Made by a program: the position numbers and the translations under genes. 64,000 nt of DNA from Flaccisagitta enflata (taxonomy: Eukaryota). Position 1 is the stretch's first letter, and each line of letters opens with the position of its first letter. Of this stretch, positions 1 through 13,818 are shown one piece after another. The stretch covers positions 27,156,001 to 27,220,000 of the forward strand of contig OZ231126.1 in the NCBI GenBank assembly GCA_965153355.1, read 5' to 3'. The notes under the pieces were generated by a model that did no database searches, was not told the DNA's origin, and saw only the letters and a list, made by a program, of their open reading frames with translations.

Positions 1-519
1 TGAACTTTTCCATAAGCAGCGACACTTCCGATTTGAGAAAAAAGAAGTCATTTCAGCCTTTATTAACGTTCCGCGCACACATCTGCGTATGAGCAAAACA
101 AGTTGTCCAAGGATCGCACATGGTCAGTGCTACACAATGCCCCGCTCTGAGTGGTCAAGAATACAAAGCTACCCAAGTCACCTGCCAGTGGGTAGGGGAT
201 GGATGAAATAGGGCCACCAAAGATTTAAGTAGGCGCAGCTACAACTAACCATAAATGCAATGTTCGCAAAAGCATTAAATAGTCAGTGGTATCCGTTGCC
301 CCTAAATGGGTGTATGTGGGTGTGAGGTGGTTGGAGGGGCAGCGGTCCCGAAGGGGCCGATGACCTATACTCATAAAGTTTTGGGGATTTGGGGCTCAAG
401 ACTGGGATATGGGTGTCAAGGGTGGAATTTGGGCCTAAAGGCTATTATTGGGGACTCAAGGCTAAGTAGTTAGCCTCAAAGTTTGGCCTCAAGGCTGGGA
501 TTTAGGTCAAGATTAAGGT

Positions 520-1018
520 CAACAGGTCGCCCAGGGGCTTTATGTGGTCAGCGATACCCGTTGCCCTGCTTTGCATGATTGTGAAATGGAAAGGGAGGAA
601 GCAGGACAGCGGCCCCGAAGGGGACGAAGTCCTGAAGAACACAGGGGGACTTTCGTTCATCAATCCGTCCATCTGTCCATTCCCCCCAAGCCATCTCAGG
701 CCTGAAATCTGTCCTCTCAGGCCTGAAATTCACCCTCTCAGGCCTGAAATCTGCCCTCTCAGGCTTTGAATCTGCAAGGGCAGGTTTCAGGCCAGAGAGG
801 ACAGATTTCAGGCCTGAGAGGACAGATTTCAGGCCTGAGAGGGCATATTTCAGGCCTGAGAGGGCAGATTCAAAGCCTGAGAGGGCAGATTTTTGGCCTG
901 AGAGGGCAGATTTCAGGTCTGAGAGGGCCTGGGGGGGACAAACGGACAAACGGAATGACAAACGAAAGTACCCCTGTGTTCTACAGGACTTCGTCCCCTT
1001 CGGGGCCGCTGCCCAAAA
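520..1018. mobile_element. Dispersed element with subterminal inverted repeats (GGGGACGAAGTCCTG.AGAACAC) and a 21-bp repeat core; relatives at about 1258-1750, 5088-5365, 54574-55448 and 58870-59470
   Basis: Shared CAGGTCGCCCAAGGGCAAT end, GCAGCGGCCCC/GGGGCCGCTGC inverted motifs and GCCTGAGAGGGCAGATTTCAG units. Confidence 0.7.
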
Positions 1019-2105
1019 GGCTGGGATTTGGACCTCAAGGCTAAGATTTGGGCCTCAAGACTGGGTTTTGGGCCAAATTAGGCAAAAATTGGCAGAATTT
1101 GAAAGGAATTGGCTGATATTGACATATTTTAGCAGATCTTAGCAGAATTTGGCAGAATTTGGCAGAATTAAGCGGGGGGGGGTATGAAGAAGGAAAAATG
1201 TATGCATATGTGAAAGCATAGGTCATCAGCCCCCTTTGGGGCCACTGCCCAAAAAAGAAACAGGTCGCCCAAGGGCAATATGTGGTCAGCAATACCCGTT
1301 GCCCTGCTTTGAGTGATTGTGAAATGGAGTGAGGGGAAGAAGGGCAGCGGCCCCAAAGGGGACAAAGTCCTGTAGAACACGGGGACTTTCGTTTTTCCTT
1401 CCTTAAGAAGTTGATGAGATGCTATAGAAGGCTGACTGAAGGCATTCAAGAGCCTAAACTGAGGTTTAAGAAGGCTGATTTAAGGCCTGAGAATGCCAAT
1501 TGGAAGCTTGAGAGAGCTGACTTAAAGCTTGAGAGAGCTGGATTAAGGCTTGAAAGGCCAGAGGACTGAGAGCAATAAATTGAGGATTAGATGGCTTATT
1601 TGAGGCCTGAGAGGCTTAATTTGAGGTATGAGAGGCTAGGTTTGAGGCCTGAGATATTGGATTTGATGCCTGAGAATTTGGATTTGAGGCCTGAGAGGCC
1701 AGATTTGAGGCCTGAGAGGCCAGATTTGAGGCCTGAGAGGCTGGATTTAGGTATAAATCAGGACATTTATGAATCTCAACCATTCCATGAGGGAGTGAAG
1801 TGAGTGAGCAAAGTGAGCAAAGTGAATGATCAAAGTGAGTGAGCCAGCCTGTGGATGAGGCAAGCCTTATGATGGAGAGCAAATGAGCAGAGTGAGCGGT
1901 GCGAGTGAATGAATGTAGTGAGCGACCAAGTGGCTTGTTAAAAACGTGGCTGTCACGAATAGGAACTGACCCAATGTTTGGTGTACATTGAATCGTTAAC
2001 GGTGAAATTGAGAAAAAAAATTCTGATTTTAAGGCCTTTCTTGGAAAAGAAATTCAATTTTCTTGACAACCCCTTGACCGATTGAGTTCAGTTACTTTTG
2101 TAAAG

Positions 2106-2323
2106 AACAAGGCCTGATACACGGCTACCCCCGTCGCGTGCGGGTGGGCAGGGGCCATAATTGAGGTCAGTGGAACATTTGGGCAGGAGCAATAGGGCCA
2201 AAACCCCCATCAACGCTGAAAAAGTAGTGTGACAGACGGACGGATGGACGGATGGACGGACGGACAGACCAATGGACGGACCGACAAAGCAGGATTTAGA
2301 GCCGCGTTGCACGCGACTAAAAA
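2106..2323 (-). mobile_element. HINE/DINE-like (Helentron-associated) short element; similar copies at about 14409-14592, 23329-23475, 31873-32063, 34019-34235, 50166-50373, 59935-60124 and 62890-63100
   Basis: T-run end with a palindromic AGTCGCGTGCACGCGACT-type motif, GTCC/GTCG microsatellite, GGCCTTGTT other end, no TSD. Confidence 0.7.
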
Positions 2324-2988
2324 CTACTTAAAACTACGCGTTGAATAAGCCTTATCTTAAAATTTTAGACCAGGAATTATGATTTTATGAAGATTTATAA
2401 ATTTCGTGTGTTCAATTTTATAGCGATTTTGACCTGATGGTGAATGATAAGTTGTTGAGCGGTCAGTTGTGGGTCGCCTCGGCTCACCACGCGGCTTTTA
2501 CACCCCAATACATCACTTTGGATCTATCTTGGCCGTGGGAGCAATATCTTGCGTACACGCGCGTATGTTGAGTTTTAAAATGTAGAAATGAGAAAAAAAT
2601 CTGATTTTCGGGCCTTTTTTGAAAAAGAAATTAAATTTTCTCAGCAACCTCTTTGACCGATGGAGCGAAATTTTTATCAGAGAAACTACTAAAAAATACG
2701 CGTCGAATGAGCCCTATCCCAAAGTTTTGCTCCCATGAGAACAGGAATTATGATTTGACGAATATTATAAAAATTCGTGAGTTCTATTTCTTAGCGATTT
2801 GGACCTGAAGGTGAATAATAAGTTGTAGAGCGATCAGTTGGGGGTCACCTCGGCTCGCCACGCGGCTTTTAGACCCCAATGCATCATGCTTTGGATCTAT
2901 CTTAGCCATGGGAGCCATATCTTGCGCACACGTGCGTATACGGAGTTGCTACAAACCGTCAGAAAAAAAAGAGTAAAATTAAGTTGCC

Positions 2989-4641
2989 TTTTTTAGTCGC
3001 GTGCACGCGACTCTACAACCCGCTATGTCCGTCGGTCGGTTGGTCGGTCGGTCGGTCGGTTGGTTGGTCACACTTTACTTTTTTTATCAATTTTATTTCT
3101 TTAAGTCATTTTTAGTCATTCTAAGTCATTCTTAATCATTCTAAGTCATTCTAAGTCATTTTAAGTCATTTTAAGTCATTATTGTCATTTCAGTCAATAT
3201 AGTCTTTTTTATCATTTTAAGTCATTCTAAGTCATTTTAAGTTATTCTAAGTCATTTCAAGTGATTTTAAGTCATTTCAAATGATTTTAATGCATTTTAA
3301 GTCATTCCAAGTCATTTTAGGTCATTATTGCCATTTTAGTCAATATAATCCTTTTCATCATTATAACTCATTTTAAGTCATTTTAAGTCATTTTAAGTCA
3401 TTATAAGTTATTATACATCATTTTAAGTCCTTTTAAGTTATTTTTAGTCATTCTAAGCTATTCTAAGTCATTTTAGTCATTTTAGTCAAGATAGTTATCT
3501 CACTTTATATCTACTTAATTATAGGTAATTATAGGTCATTATGCAATTTTTGGTAATCATAGGTGATATTAGGTCATTATAGGTCATGCAATTATAGGTA
3601 ATTATAGGTCATTATAGGTAATCATAGGTCATTGTAGGTAATTATAGGTCATTATAGGTAATTTATAGGTTATTATGCAATTATAGGCCATTATTGGAAA
3701 TTATAGGTCAGTATGTAATCATTGGTAATTAAAGGTAATTATAGGTCATTATAGGTAATTACAGGTAATTATAGGTCATTATGTAATTATAGGTAATTAT
3801 AGGTCACAATGGGTAATTATAGGTCATTATAGGTCATCATGCAATCAGAGGTCATTATTGGTAATTATTGGTCATTATGTAATTATAGATAATTATAGGT
3901 AATTTTAGATCATTATAGGTGGTTATAAGTCATTATGTAATTATAGGTAATTATAGGTCATTATAGATTATTATAGGTAATAATAGGTCATTATGAAAAT
4001 TATGGGTAATTATAGGTAATCAAAGGTCACTAAAGGTACTTATAGGTCATCATGTAATTATAGGTAATCATAAGTCATTATAGGTAATTATATGTCAATA
4101 GACAATTATAGGCAATTATATGTCAATAGACAATTATAGGCAATTATAGGTCATTGTTCAATTATAGGTAATCATAGGTCATTATAGGTCATTATGTTAT
4201 TAAAGGCAGTTATGGGTAATTATGGGTAATCATAGGTCATTAGAGGTTATTATTGGCCCATATGTAATTATAGGTAATCATAGGTCTTTATAGCTACTTA
4301 TAGGTCATTATTCAATTATGGGTAATTATAGGTAATCATAGGTCATTATAGGTAATTATAGGTCATTATGTTATTATAGGTAATTGTGGGTAATTATGGG
4401 TAATCATACGTCATTATATGTAATTATTGGTCTATATGTAATTATAGGTAATCATAGGTCTTTATAGGTACTTATAGGTCATTATTTGATTATGGATAAT
4501 TATAGATAATTATAGGTCATTATAGGCAATTCTAGGTCAATAGGTAATTATAGTCATTATCGTCATTACAGGAAATAATGTACTTATATAATTAGGCAAT
4601 TATGTAAGTCTTGCACGCGACTTATAGGTGTTGGCCTTGTT
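2989..4641 (+). mobile_element. HINE-like element expanded by a 1.45-kb 10-bp satellite
   Basis: Ends TTTTTAGTCGCGTGCACGCGACT and GCACGCGACTTATAGGTGTTGGCCTTGTT. Internal ATTTTAAGTC-type then ATTATAGGT(C/A)-type arrays. Confidence 0.8.
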
Positions 4642-7600
4642 GAAAAGAAATTCGATTTTCTCTACAACCACCTGACCGATTGAGCTGAAATTTTTTACAG
4701 AAAAACTACTAAACAATACGCGTCGAATGAGCCCTATCCCAAAGTTTTACTCCAACTAGGACAGGAATCATGATTTTATGAAGATTTAAAAATTTCGGCA
4801 AGTTTTGATAAAAAATGAGGGTAAAATATGACATTCTCCTCTGTGGAGCATTAGAGGTTGGACGAATTTTCCTGAGCAGAATTTTTTTGCCAAAAGTTTT
4901 CCGGCCTTTAGAAGACACATCCCGATCATATTCAGGTGGTCTCAGAGACCGGCCCTGCTCAAAAACTTGTACGATGTCATATTAAATGCGTGAGGCCTTT
5001 CAAACCTCAATACAAGCTTGACAGACCCCAAATCAAGCCTTCCAGACCTCAAATCAAACCTTTCAGCACCAAAATCTGTCTCTCAAATAACAAGTCGCCC
5101 AAGGGCAATATATGGTCAGTAATACCAGTTGCCCTACTTTGCATGATTGTGAAATAGTGAGGAAGTGGGGCAGCGGTCCCAACGGGACGAAGTCCTGTAG
5201 AACACAGGGGGGCAGTTTTCAGGCCTGAGAGGGCGGATTTCAGGCTTGAGAGGGCATGGGGGGGGGGGTACAAATGGACAAATGAATGGACAAACGGAAT
5301 GACGACTAAGAGTCCCCCTGTGTTCTACAGGACTTCATCCCCTATGGGGCCGCTGCCCAAAAAATCAGACCCCAAATCAGGACTTCTAGACCCCAAATTA
5401 GGTCTTTCAGATCCAAAATCAGGCCTTCTCAAACCTCAAATCAGGCCTTTCAGACCCAAAATCAGGCCTCTCAGGCCCATAAGATTTAAGATAAGGCCTA
5501 TCCAGCCCATAATCAGGCCTCAGATGCTTGATCAGATATCTCTGACCCAAAATCTAGCCTCTAAGTCCCCAAAACCAACATCTAGAACCGTAGATCTGTG
5601 TAAGTCCTCCGAGCCTTTAACACATCAAATCAGGCATCTCAGACCTCGAATCAGGTTCCTTGGACCCCAATTCAGGTCCTCAAACCCAAATATCTAGTTT
5701 AGAATCAAAGGTCATTGGCTCCTCCGGGGCCGCTGCCCCTCTCATCATCCCATCTCAACATATACTAACATAGGGGCATCAGGTGCTGCTGACTATGTAA
5801 CGCTTTTGTGACTATTTTGTATCACTCAAGGCCTCGATTATGGGCTCAATGTAAAGATCTGAGACTGAGGTTTTTGGGCTTCTAGATTGAATTTCTGGTC
5901 TTAAATTTTTGTAAGCTAAAGGATAGAGATTGACCTTAAATCCTTATACCAAGTCCTTGTGAATTTTTCTGATTACTTTTTTATGTGCGGCCGGTCCAAA
6001 GGGACTAATGACATTAGCTTGGGCTTTAACTAATCAGCTTGAATTTGGTCCTGACAAATGCACATGACACTGTTCATCTCATTGATCAAAATTTTTGACT
6101 TCTTAGGGGCCCCTTAGGGCCACAAAAAAGCCCTCAAAAAGATTTTTTTTTTTAAAAAAAGTGGGGTGCAATAGATTGGAAATTTCATGATTTGCCTAGA
6201 TCCGAAATCCTGTAATTTGACTTTTTTTCAAAAAACTTTAAAAATTTTTGTGCCGGCCATATCTTTAAAAAAAGTTTAAAGATTCTCCTAGAATTTGTTC
6301 AGTTTGATTTGGTTAAAACAAATGCTCATGCATTCTAAAGTATTTGAGCTAGAACCTTGAAATTTGAAATGTGCAATATTGAAAGCGCTGCGCAGGTCCA
6401 TGCAAAAAATTGAACTACTGGCTGACTTAAGAAAATTTTCGAGTCTAAGTCTAACAAGTGACGCGGGGTCACAATATCGTTGCGGACGGGTGGGCAGGGG
6501 CATCCGACCTCCATCCAAACACAAACCCACTTCCAACACTCAAACATACACAAAAAGTATCAAAAACGCTCGTTTTCCCATGTTTCAACTCGATGACCAC
6601 GGACCGACGGACCGACGGACGGACAAAGCCTCTTATAGAGTTGCGTGTCCGCAACTAAAAAGGAAGTCTATTTGAGTCTAAGTCTACAAAGGAAGTCTTT
6701 TGCATGTTCTGGGCTGAGGGTTTATGAGGGTGTAAAGGTTTCCTCAAGGCTGATTATTGGTCATAGGAGGCTGAATTGAGGCCTTACTAGATTGGTTTAA
6801 AGTCTGAAAGGCATGATTTTTGGGCTGAGAAGGCTGATTTGAGGTTTAAGAATGGTGATTAGAGGCTTGAGAGGTCAGCTCTACGACTACAGGCTGCCCA
6901 AAAAGGAGAGGAGGCATGCCCAGCATTAGAATGGATGGGTCATCAGCCCCATTAACCATTGCCCATGAAGGATAGGCATTATATCTAGGATATATATAGC
7001 CACATCTCAACATGATTTATGTTTGTTTTAGTTAAAATTTGTTATGGATATCTCATTTGGGGTAGTGAGGGGTTCTGAGGGGTAGGAAAAAGTCAGTTTA
7101 GGGTAAAAGGGTGTGTTAAGTTTAAGGTTAGAAGCAGTGTTCGGTAAAATTGAGGGAAAAGTGGTCAAACCACCCCTCACTTCACCCCTCGCACCCTTAG
7201 TTACCCCACCTGAGACATCTATGATAAATTCCATCCCATCTTTCCTCTCAAAGCATCATGAAATAACTGAACAAATAAGAATATTCTAAATTTTTTGAGC
7301 ATTTTTATTCTCTTCATTACATGGTCATTTGCATGATAGATTTCTATTATTTCTGATACAGTTAAACCCTGCTCTAATGGATTACAGGGGACTAACAAAA
7401 ATTTTCTGTTAAAGGCGGAATTCTATTAAAGCCAATACAGAGGATAAAGGTTAAGGAGTTGAAGGGACCAAGAAAAACATCTGTTATAGGTGGAATTCCG
7501 TTAAAAGCGGGTCTGTTGGAGGGGGATTCTGTGGATGAAATCAGAGGTACCCGACGCCCCTATGTTAGTTTATGTTGAGATGGGATGAGAGGGACAGCGG

Positions 7601-7725
7601 CCCCGGAGGGAGGAGGAGCCAATGACCTTTGATTCCATACTGGATATTTGAAGGGTCTTGAGAACCTGAATTTGGGTCCAAGGAGCCTGATTTAAGGTCT
7701 GAGATGCCTGATTTGAGGTCTTAAA

Positions 7726-8521
7726 GTAAACTTTCCTGGAAGAAATTTCCCGAACAGCACTACACGTTTACCGCCGTTGGGATTCATCAATCTTTTATTA
7801 TGCATTTTTATAAGTTAACATAGTGAGAAAAAAAAATTAAAAACATCATCAGACTCACAAGAAACAGCTTATCTTTACATACGGCAATGTTGCATGGTGA
7901 TGAAAAAATCAGAATAAGCATGAGACAGAGTTTAAAGTGTATTCTAGTTAAAAAGGGCTTTTTCCCTTACATAATTAGCTAATTTCAAATTTGCGCTGTG
8001 TTTTTGATCTTGATATTTTAAAAAATTTGTCGCTAAAAATGAGAATGGAAATATCTGAGGGTTCATTGAGCAAAATTTTGTTTTTTTCCTATAAGTACAA
8101 AACATTATCAAAAATAAGCAAAATATCAAAACATTCGACTTTCGACTTCCAGAAAATCGCTGGAAATAAATATATATGTTCACATGATATAACTTTACAT
8201 AATACCAAACGCTCAGCCCACTCCTAGCTGTCGCATAGCGTCGCAAGCCTGTCAAATGCAACGCTATCACTCAAATAATGCGACATTGAACAATACGCTG
8301 TTTCAAAGTGAAAAAGAGCTTCCATCCTGTTAACATCGATAACAAAAAAGGTGGTAAAATTTTCGAGGGTAGGACTTATGATAAGGAGTGAGAGTTTCAA
8401 TCTCGGTTTCGCCAAAAAGTCACAGTTTTAACGTCTTCCAATGAATTTTTGACGAGGAATCCAAAAATCGCAGCCTCGAGGGCCTCAGAGAACGTATTAA
8501 AGATCTTTTAGGAAAGCTTAC
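7726..8521 (+). mobile_element. Non-autonomous TIR element with GTAA...TTAC ends and 5-bp TSD TTAAA
   Basis: TIR GTAAACTTTCCT/AGGAAAGCTTAC; TTAAA at 7721-7725 and 8522-8526; homologous copy at 23893-25214. Confidence 0.85.
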
Positions 8522-9771
8522 TTAAAGGCCTGGGAGACTTACACAGATATAGGGTTCTAGATGTTAATTTTGGAGGCTAGATTTTGGGTCAGAGATGTCT
8601 GATCAAGTGTCTGAGGTCTGTTTATGGGCTGAATAGGCCTTATCTTAAATCTTAGGGACTGAGAGGCCTGATTTGGGGTCTGAAAGGCCTGATTTGGGGT
8701 TTGAGAAGGCCTGATTTTGGATCTGTGAGACCTACTTGGGGTCTGGAAGAGCTGATTTGAGGTCTGATTTTTTATCTGAGTGACAGATTTGGGTGCTGAA
8801 AGGTTTGATTTGAGGTCTGGAAGGCCTGATTTGGGGTTTGTCAAGTTTGATTTGAGGTTTGAAAGGCCTAGATTGGGGTCTGGAAGGCCTGATTTGGGGT
8901 CTGATATGCCTAATGTAAGCTCTAGGAGGTCTGTATTTGGTTTTGGGGGGGCAGATGGATGGACGGAGGGACAAAAACTGGAGAAAATCCTATGTTGAAT
9001 TATAGGTCATTGGCCCCTCCAGGGCCCCTGCCCAAAAACGGCTGCAGATTCAAAGACCAGCTGACAGACAGGCAGACAGACAGACAGACCAATAGAAAGA
9101 CTGACATACATATAACAACTCATGTAGATATGTGGGGAGCCAAGGAGGCATCTAAAGTCAAAATCAGACTGTGGGAAAGGTGGTGAGAATATTGCTCCAA
9201 ATTTCCATGATATTGGTCATGTTTGACAAGTCACAACTCAGCCATTTTTTGACGGATTTGCAAAAAAATTGTGACAGTTTGAAAGAGCTTCAAAAATTCT
9301 TTAGAATGGGACCAATCTGGCATTTCTAGCTTGATTTGTTTAAAAGTTACAAGTAAAACAAGTAAATTGTTCCAAAAACGGGAAGTTTTCCAGATCCTGG
9401 AAAATTGTGCACAATTCCCATAAAATTGCTCATGTTCGACAGGTTATATCTCAGTTACTTTTGAACGGACTTACAAAAAATCGGTGACAGTTGAAAAGAT
9501 CGTGAAAAGATCTTTAAAATGAGACCAATCTGGCATTTCCAGCTCAATTCGTTCATAAGTTACAACCAAAGCAAGATTGATTGTCCAAAAGATGGGGAAA
9601 TTCAATGGCCTGTACCTCATGAAGGTAAAAAAGGTGATTATTAAAAAAAGCGCCCCTAGAAATTTTTTGCACTCATTTGCCATGGATTATACATGTGTTT
9701 GACCACCAGAAACCGTCATAAAAGTGGCAGCTCTCCTAGTTTAAAGTACACGGTGGAGATACAGAGCAGTG

Positions 9772-10170
9772 GGCGTTGTCAAACGGCGTTGTCAAACGGC
9801 GTGGTCAAACGGCATGGTAAAATTGCGTTGTTAAACAGCATTGTCAAACAGCATTGTCAAACAGCGTTGTCAAACGGCGTTGTCAAACGGCATTGTCAAA
9901 CGGCATTGTCAAACGGCGTTGTCAAACGGCGTTGTCAAATGGCGTTGTCAAATGGCGTTGTCAAACGGCGTTGTCAAACGGCGTTGTCAAACGGCGATGT
10001 CAAACGGCATTGTCAAACGGCGCTGTCAAACGGCGTTGTCAAACAGCGCTGTCAAATGGAGTTGTCAAATGGCGTTGTCAAACGGCATTGTCAAATGGCG
10101 CTGTCAAACGGCATTGTCAAATGGCGTTGTCAAATGGTATGATCAAACGGCATTGTCAAATGGCATTGAC
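9772..10170. repeat. 13-bp minisatellite (GGCGTTGTCAAAC)n
   Basis: About 30 tandem units visible. Confidence 0.95.
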
Positions 10171-10208
10171 AGTCTACAAAGTTTTAACCAAATCAGTTGA
10201 AAAATACC

Positions 10209-10504
10209 TAGGGGTGCATATTATTGAGTCGCTTTTGATTCCCCCCCCCCCGCGATGCGCCGCTTCGCATTTTAAAATCTATGATTTTCTTCCCTATAAA
10301 GCACTGAAACAGTGTAGTTAAGGTTTAAATAGTGTTAAATTGTGTATTACTAATCAGTAGTTATGATTGAGTACTGCCAAAAGTTATATTTTCCCCCATT
10401 TTTCTTTTTTTCTCTTTTTTCCCCCTTTGATTTCCTTCCCATCTCCAAACCCTTTGATTTCCCCCCCCCCACCAAGGGAGAAAACTAAATAATATACAGG
10501 CCTG
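10209..10504 (+). mobile_element. hAT-like MITE, 8-bp TSD AAAATACC; second copy at about 60327-60618
   Basis: TAGGGG...GGCCTG ends flanked by AAAATACC on both sides. Confidence 0.8.
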
Positions 10505-10512
10505 AAAATACC

Positions 10513-11415
10513 AAAGTTTTGCCAAATTTTCACTTTTAAATGGTAGTCTGGTTAGGTGTTAGGCCAGTTTGGCCGTTTAGCATGCTGAAATCTTTATGAA
10601 TCACAAACATATGTTGAATCTTCCATTTAAGGGAACATTGGCTAAATTACCGGAATTAAGTGCATTTAGAGATTCCTACCGAGTTTCAACCAAATTGGTT
10701 GAAAAATGCCTAGGTTATGCACAATAACCACATTAAGGCCGGTAGTCTGGCTGTGTGATAGGCTGGTTAACATGCTGAAATCTCCTAAAATTGCAAACAT
10801 GTGTTGATTCCTTCCATTTAGAGACTTTATTCCAAGTTTCGACCAAATTGATTGAAAAAAGCTGAAGTTATGCACATTTTTCACTCTTAGGCTGGCAGGC
10901 TGGTTGGGTGGTAGGCCGATTTGGTCGGTTAACATGCTAAAATCTTCATGAATCAAATTCATATGTTGAGTCCTTCAAATTAGAGACTACATACCAAATT
11001 GGTTGAAAAATGCCAAAGTTATGCACGATTTTCACTTTTAGGCTGGTAGGCTAGTTGGGTGGTAGGCCGGTTGGGCTGGTTAGCATACTTTAATCTTTAC
11101 AAATCAAATACATATGTTGAGTCCTTCCATTTTGAGACTACATACCAAGTTTCAACCGAATTGGTTGAGAAATGCCAGAGTTACGCACGTTTTTCACTTT
11201 TAGGCTGGTGGGCTAGTTGGGTGGTAGGCCGGATTGGCCAGTTAGCATATTAAAATCTTTACAATTCAAATGCATATGTGAAGTCCTTCCATTTAGAGAC
11301 TATATACCAAGTTTCAACCATATTGGTTGAAAAATGCCAAAGTTATGCACATTTTTCACTTTTAGGCTGGTAGGCTGGTTGGGCCGGTTGGGTGGGTCGG
11401 ATTTCACTTTTTTTT
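10513..11415. repeat. Degenerate tandem repeat, unit about 150 bp
   Basis: Recurring AAAGTTATGCAC...TTTTCACTTTTAGGCTGG...CCATTTAGAGACT units. Confidence 0.75.
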
Positions 11416-12007
11416 GTAAGAACCTGGTTTATAAGAACATCAAGGCTTTTAATTGCCCAAAAATTAAGAACATCGTAGTTATTTTATTAGTAGCCATCTC
11501 TATCTCTTTTGAAGGCTTCGGCCAAAAAATGACGTTCTTATAAAAAATAAAAAGTGTATAACATATGCATAAGATGTAAAGCGGCTTACCCTAGTTCGAC
11601 TTCCCTCCAAATATGAAGCAAATCGGTCAGGGTATTCAAAAGTTAGTAGTGTGGACAACGACAACGACAACACCCACCCGCCTCGAATTATAGTCCGCGT
11701 CGGAATGGAATTCCGTCGCGGACAAAAAGCAGAAATCGAAACAGAAATTTGGGTCTGCATCGTCACAACTTGCATTATATGTATAGCGCCCCCCACTCCC
11801 TTACCCAACCTACCCAACACCCACCGCCTCCCTACCCCCTCCCACCCCCTATTGTAGCTTGCATGCGACCATGATCGCCATAAAGGTCATCATCGTCATC
11901 GTCGTCGTTGTCATCCATAAAGGTCATCATCGTCGTCGTCATTGTTGTCGTCGTCATCGTCGTCGAAATCGTTGTCGTTATCAGCCATGATAAGCCCCTT
12001 TACAGTA

Positions 12008-12166
12008 CAGTTAAATACCGCTCTAACGGATTTAAACGGACCAACAAATTTCATCTGTTATAATTGGAATTCTGTTATAGCCAATAGATAAAAAAAAAAC
12101 AGATGGAAGGGACAAAGAAAAAGTATCTGTTTTAGGCGGAATCTCGCTAGAAGCGGGGTTCAACTG
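12008..12166. mobile_element. Tc1/pogo-like MITE with TA TSD; relatives at about 7359-7530 and 40433-40610
   Basis: TA-CAGTT...CCGCTCTA / TAGAAGCGGGGTTCAACTG-TA. Confidence 0.75.
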
Positions 12167-12247
12167 TATAACTATTTTGGTTGCAACAGTATAAAGTTTG
12201 AATTAAGACCACATAAAGCAAGACCACATAAAGCAAAACCATGTAAA

Positions 12248-13818
12248 CAGTGGGCGCCATGCTGATGGTAGAAATCATTTCTTTAACGAAATCAATTCTA
12301 TAAAGGAATCTTTTGTATCTAGAAAAGAATTCTATAAGCGAATCTTTTCTTACCACGAATCTCTCAGCTATAGGAGATGAAATGAAGTAGATGATGATTC
12401 GCCGTAGCCGTTGAGCTATTGCTTACGGATTATTTGGTGTGTCTCTATTGACAACAAACGCGGTTAATCCCAGACGTCGCTTTAAAATCGTGAACACATT
12501 CAATTATTCATTGATACTTACCAATGGAAATAGGGGTCAATAAGACAGAAATGGGAATCAACAGACAGAATTGGGAGTCAACAGACGGAAATGGGAGTCA
12601 ACAGACAGAAATGGGTGTCAACAGACGGAAATGGGAGTCAACAGACAGAAATGAGGGTCAACAGACGGAACCGAGAGTTAACAGACGGAACCAGGAGTCA
12701 ACAGACGGAACTGGGAGTCAACAGACGGAACCGGGATTCAACAGAAGGAACTGGGAGTTAACAGATGGAACCGGGGGTTAACAGACGGAATCGGGAGTTA
12801 ACAGACGGAATCGGGAGTTAACAGACGGAATCGCCAGTCAACAGATAGAATCGCCAGTTGAGAGACAGAATTGCCAGTCAACAGACGGAAACGCCAGTCA
12901 ACAGACGGAATCGCGAGTCAATAGACAGAATTGTCAGTCAACAAACGGAATTGCCAGTCATTAGACGGAACCGCCAGTCAACAGACGGAATCGCCAGTCA
13001 AGATGGAATCGCCGAGCAACAGATGGAATTGCCAGTCAACAGATGAAATCACCAGGAAACAGATGGAATTGCCAGTCAACAGACAGAATTGCCAGTCAAC
13101 AGACAAAATTGCCAGTCAACAAATAGAATCGCCAGTCAACAGACGGAATTGCCAGTCAACAGACAAAATTGCCAGTCAACAGACGGAACCGCCAGTCAAC
13201 AGACAGAATTGCCAGTCAACAGACGGAATCGCCAGTCAACAGACGGAATCGCCAGTCAACAGACGGAATCGCCAGTCAACAGACGGCATCGCGAGTCAAC
13301 AGACGGCATCGCGAGTCAACAGACGGCATCGCGAGCCAACAGACGGCATCGCGAGCCAACAGACGGCATCGCGAGCCAACAGACGGCATCGCGAGTCAAC
13401 AGACGGAATCGCAAGTCAACAGACGGAATCGCGAGTCAACAGATGGAATCGCGAGTCAACTGATAGAATCGCGAGTCAACAGACGGAATCGCGAGTCAAC
13501 AGACAATAACTCAACGGCCATAACGAATCATCAGTTATTAAGCGTCCTTCACATAATCTTAGAATGTCACTTGCGCCATCATTGCATCTTACAAACGCGA
13601 TCATTTCATTTTCGCAACATTATCCTGCCAGCTCCCCCTTCCAACTATCAGTCAAGACAAGCAATAACGAATCATCGTCTACATCATTTTATCTCTTACA
13701 GCTGAGAGATTCATGATGTGAATTTGGCCACAGAAATATTTTCTAGATAGAAAAGTTTTGCCAATGGAAATGATTTCACTATGGAAAAAGATTTCTACCA
13801 TTAGTATGCCACCGACTG
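12248..13818. mobile_element. TIR element carrying a 20-bp minisatellite (12525-13505), inserted into an 18-bp tandem array
   Basis: CAGTGGGCGCCATGCTGATGGTAGAAATC vs GATTTCTACCATTAGTATGCCACCGACTG. Core (GCCAGTCAACAGACGGAATC)n. AAGACCATATAAAG-type units on both flanks. Confidence 0.75.

Noticed and set aside
548-1882. ERADFRP/SGLKSAL heptad ORFs resembling coiled-coil or pentapeptide proteins
   Set aside because: They are translations of the 21-bp core of a dispersed repeat family.
9693-13705. CRISPR-like or repeat-protein interpretation of the 13-bp and 20-bp arrays
   Set aside because: Units are contiguous with no unique spacers and there are no cas genes. The ORFs are open in several frames simply because of the repeat.
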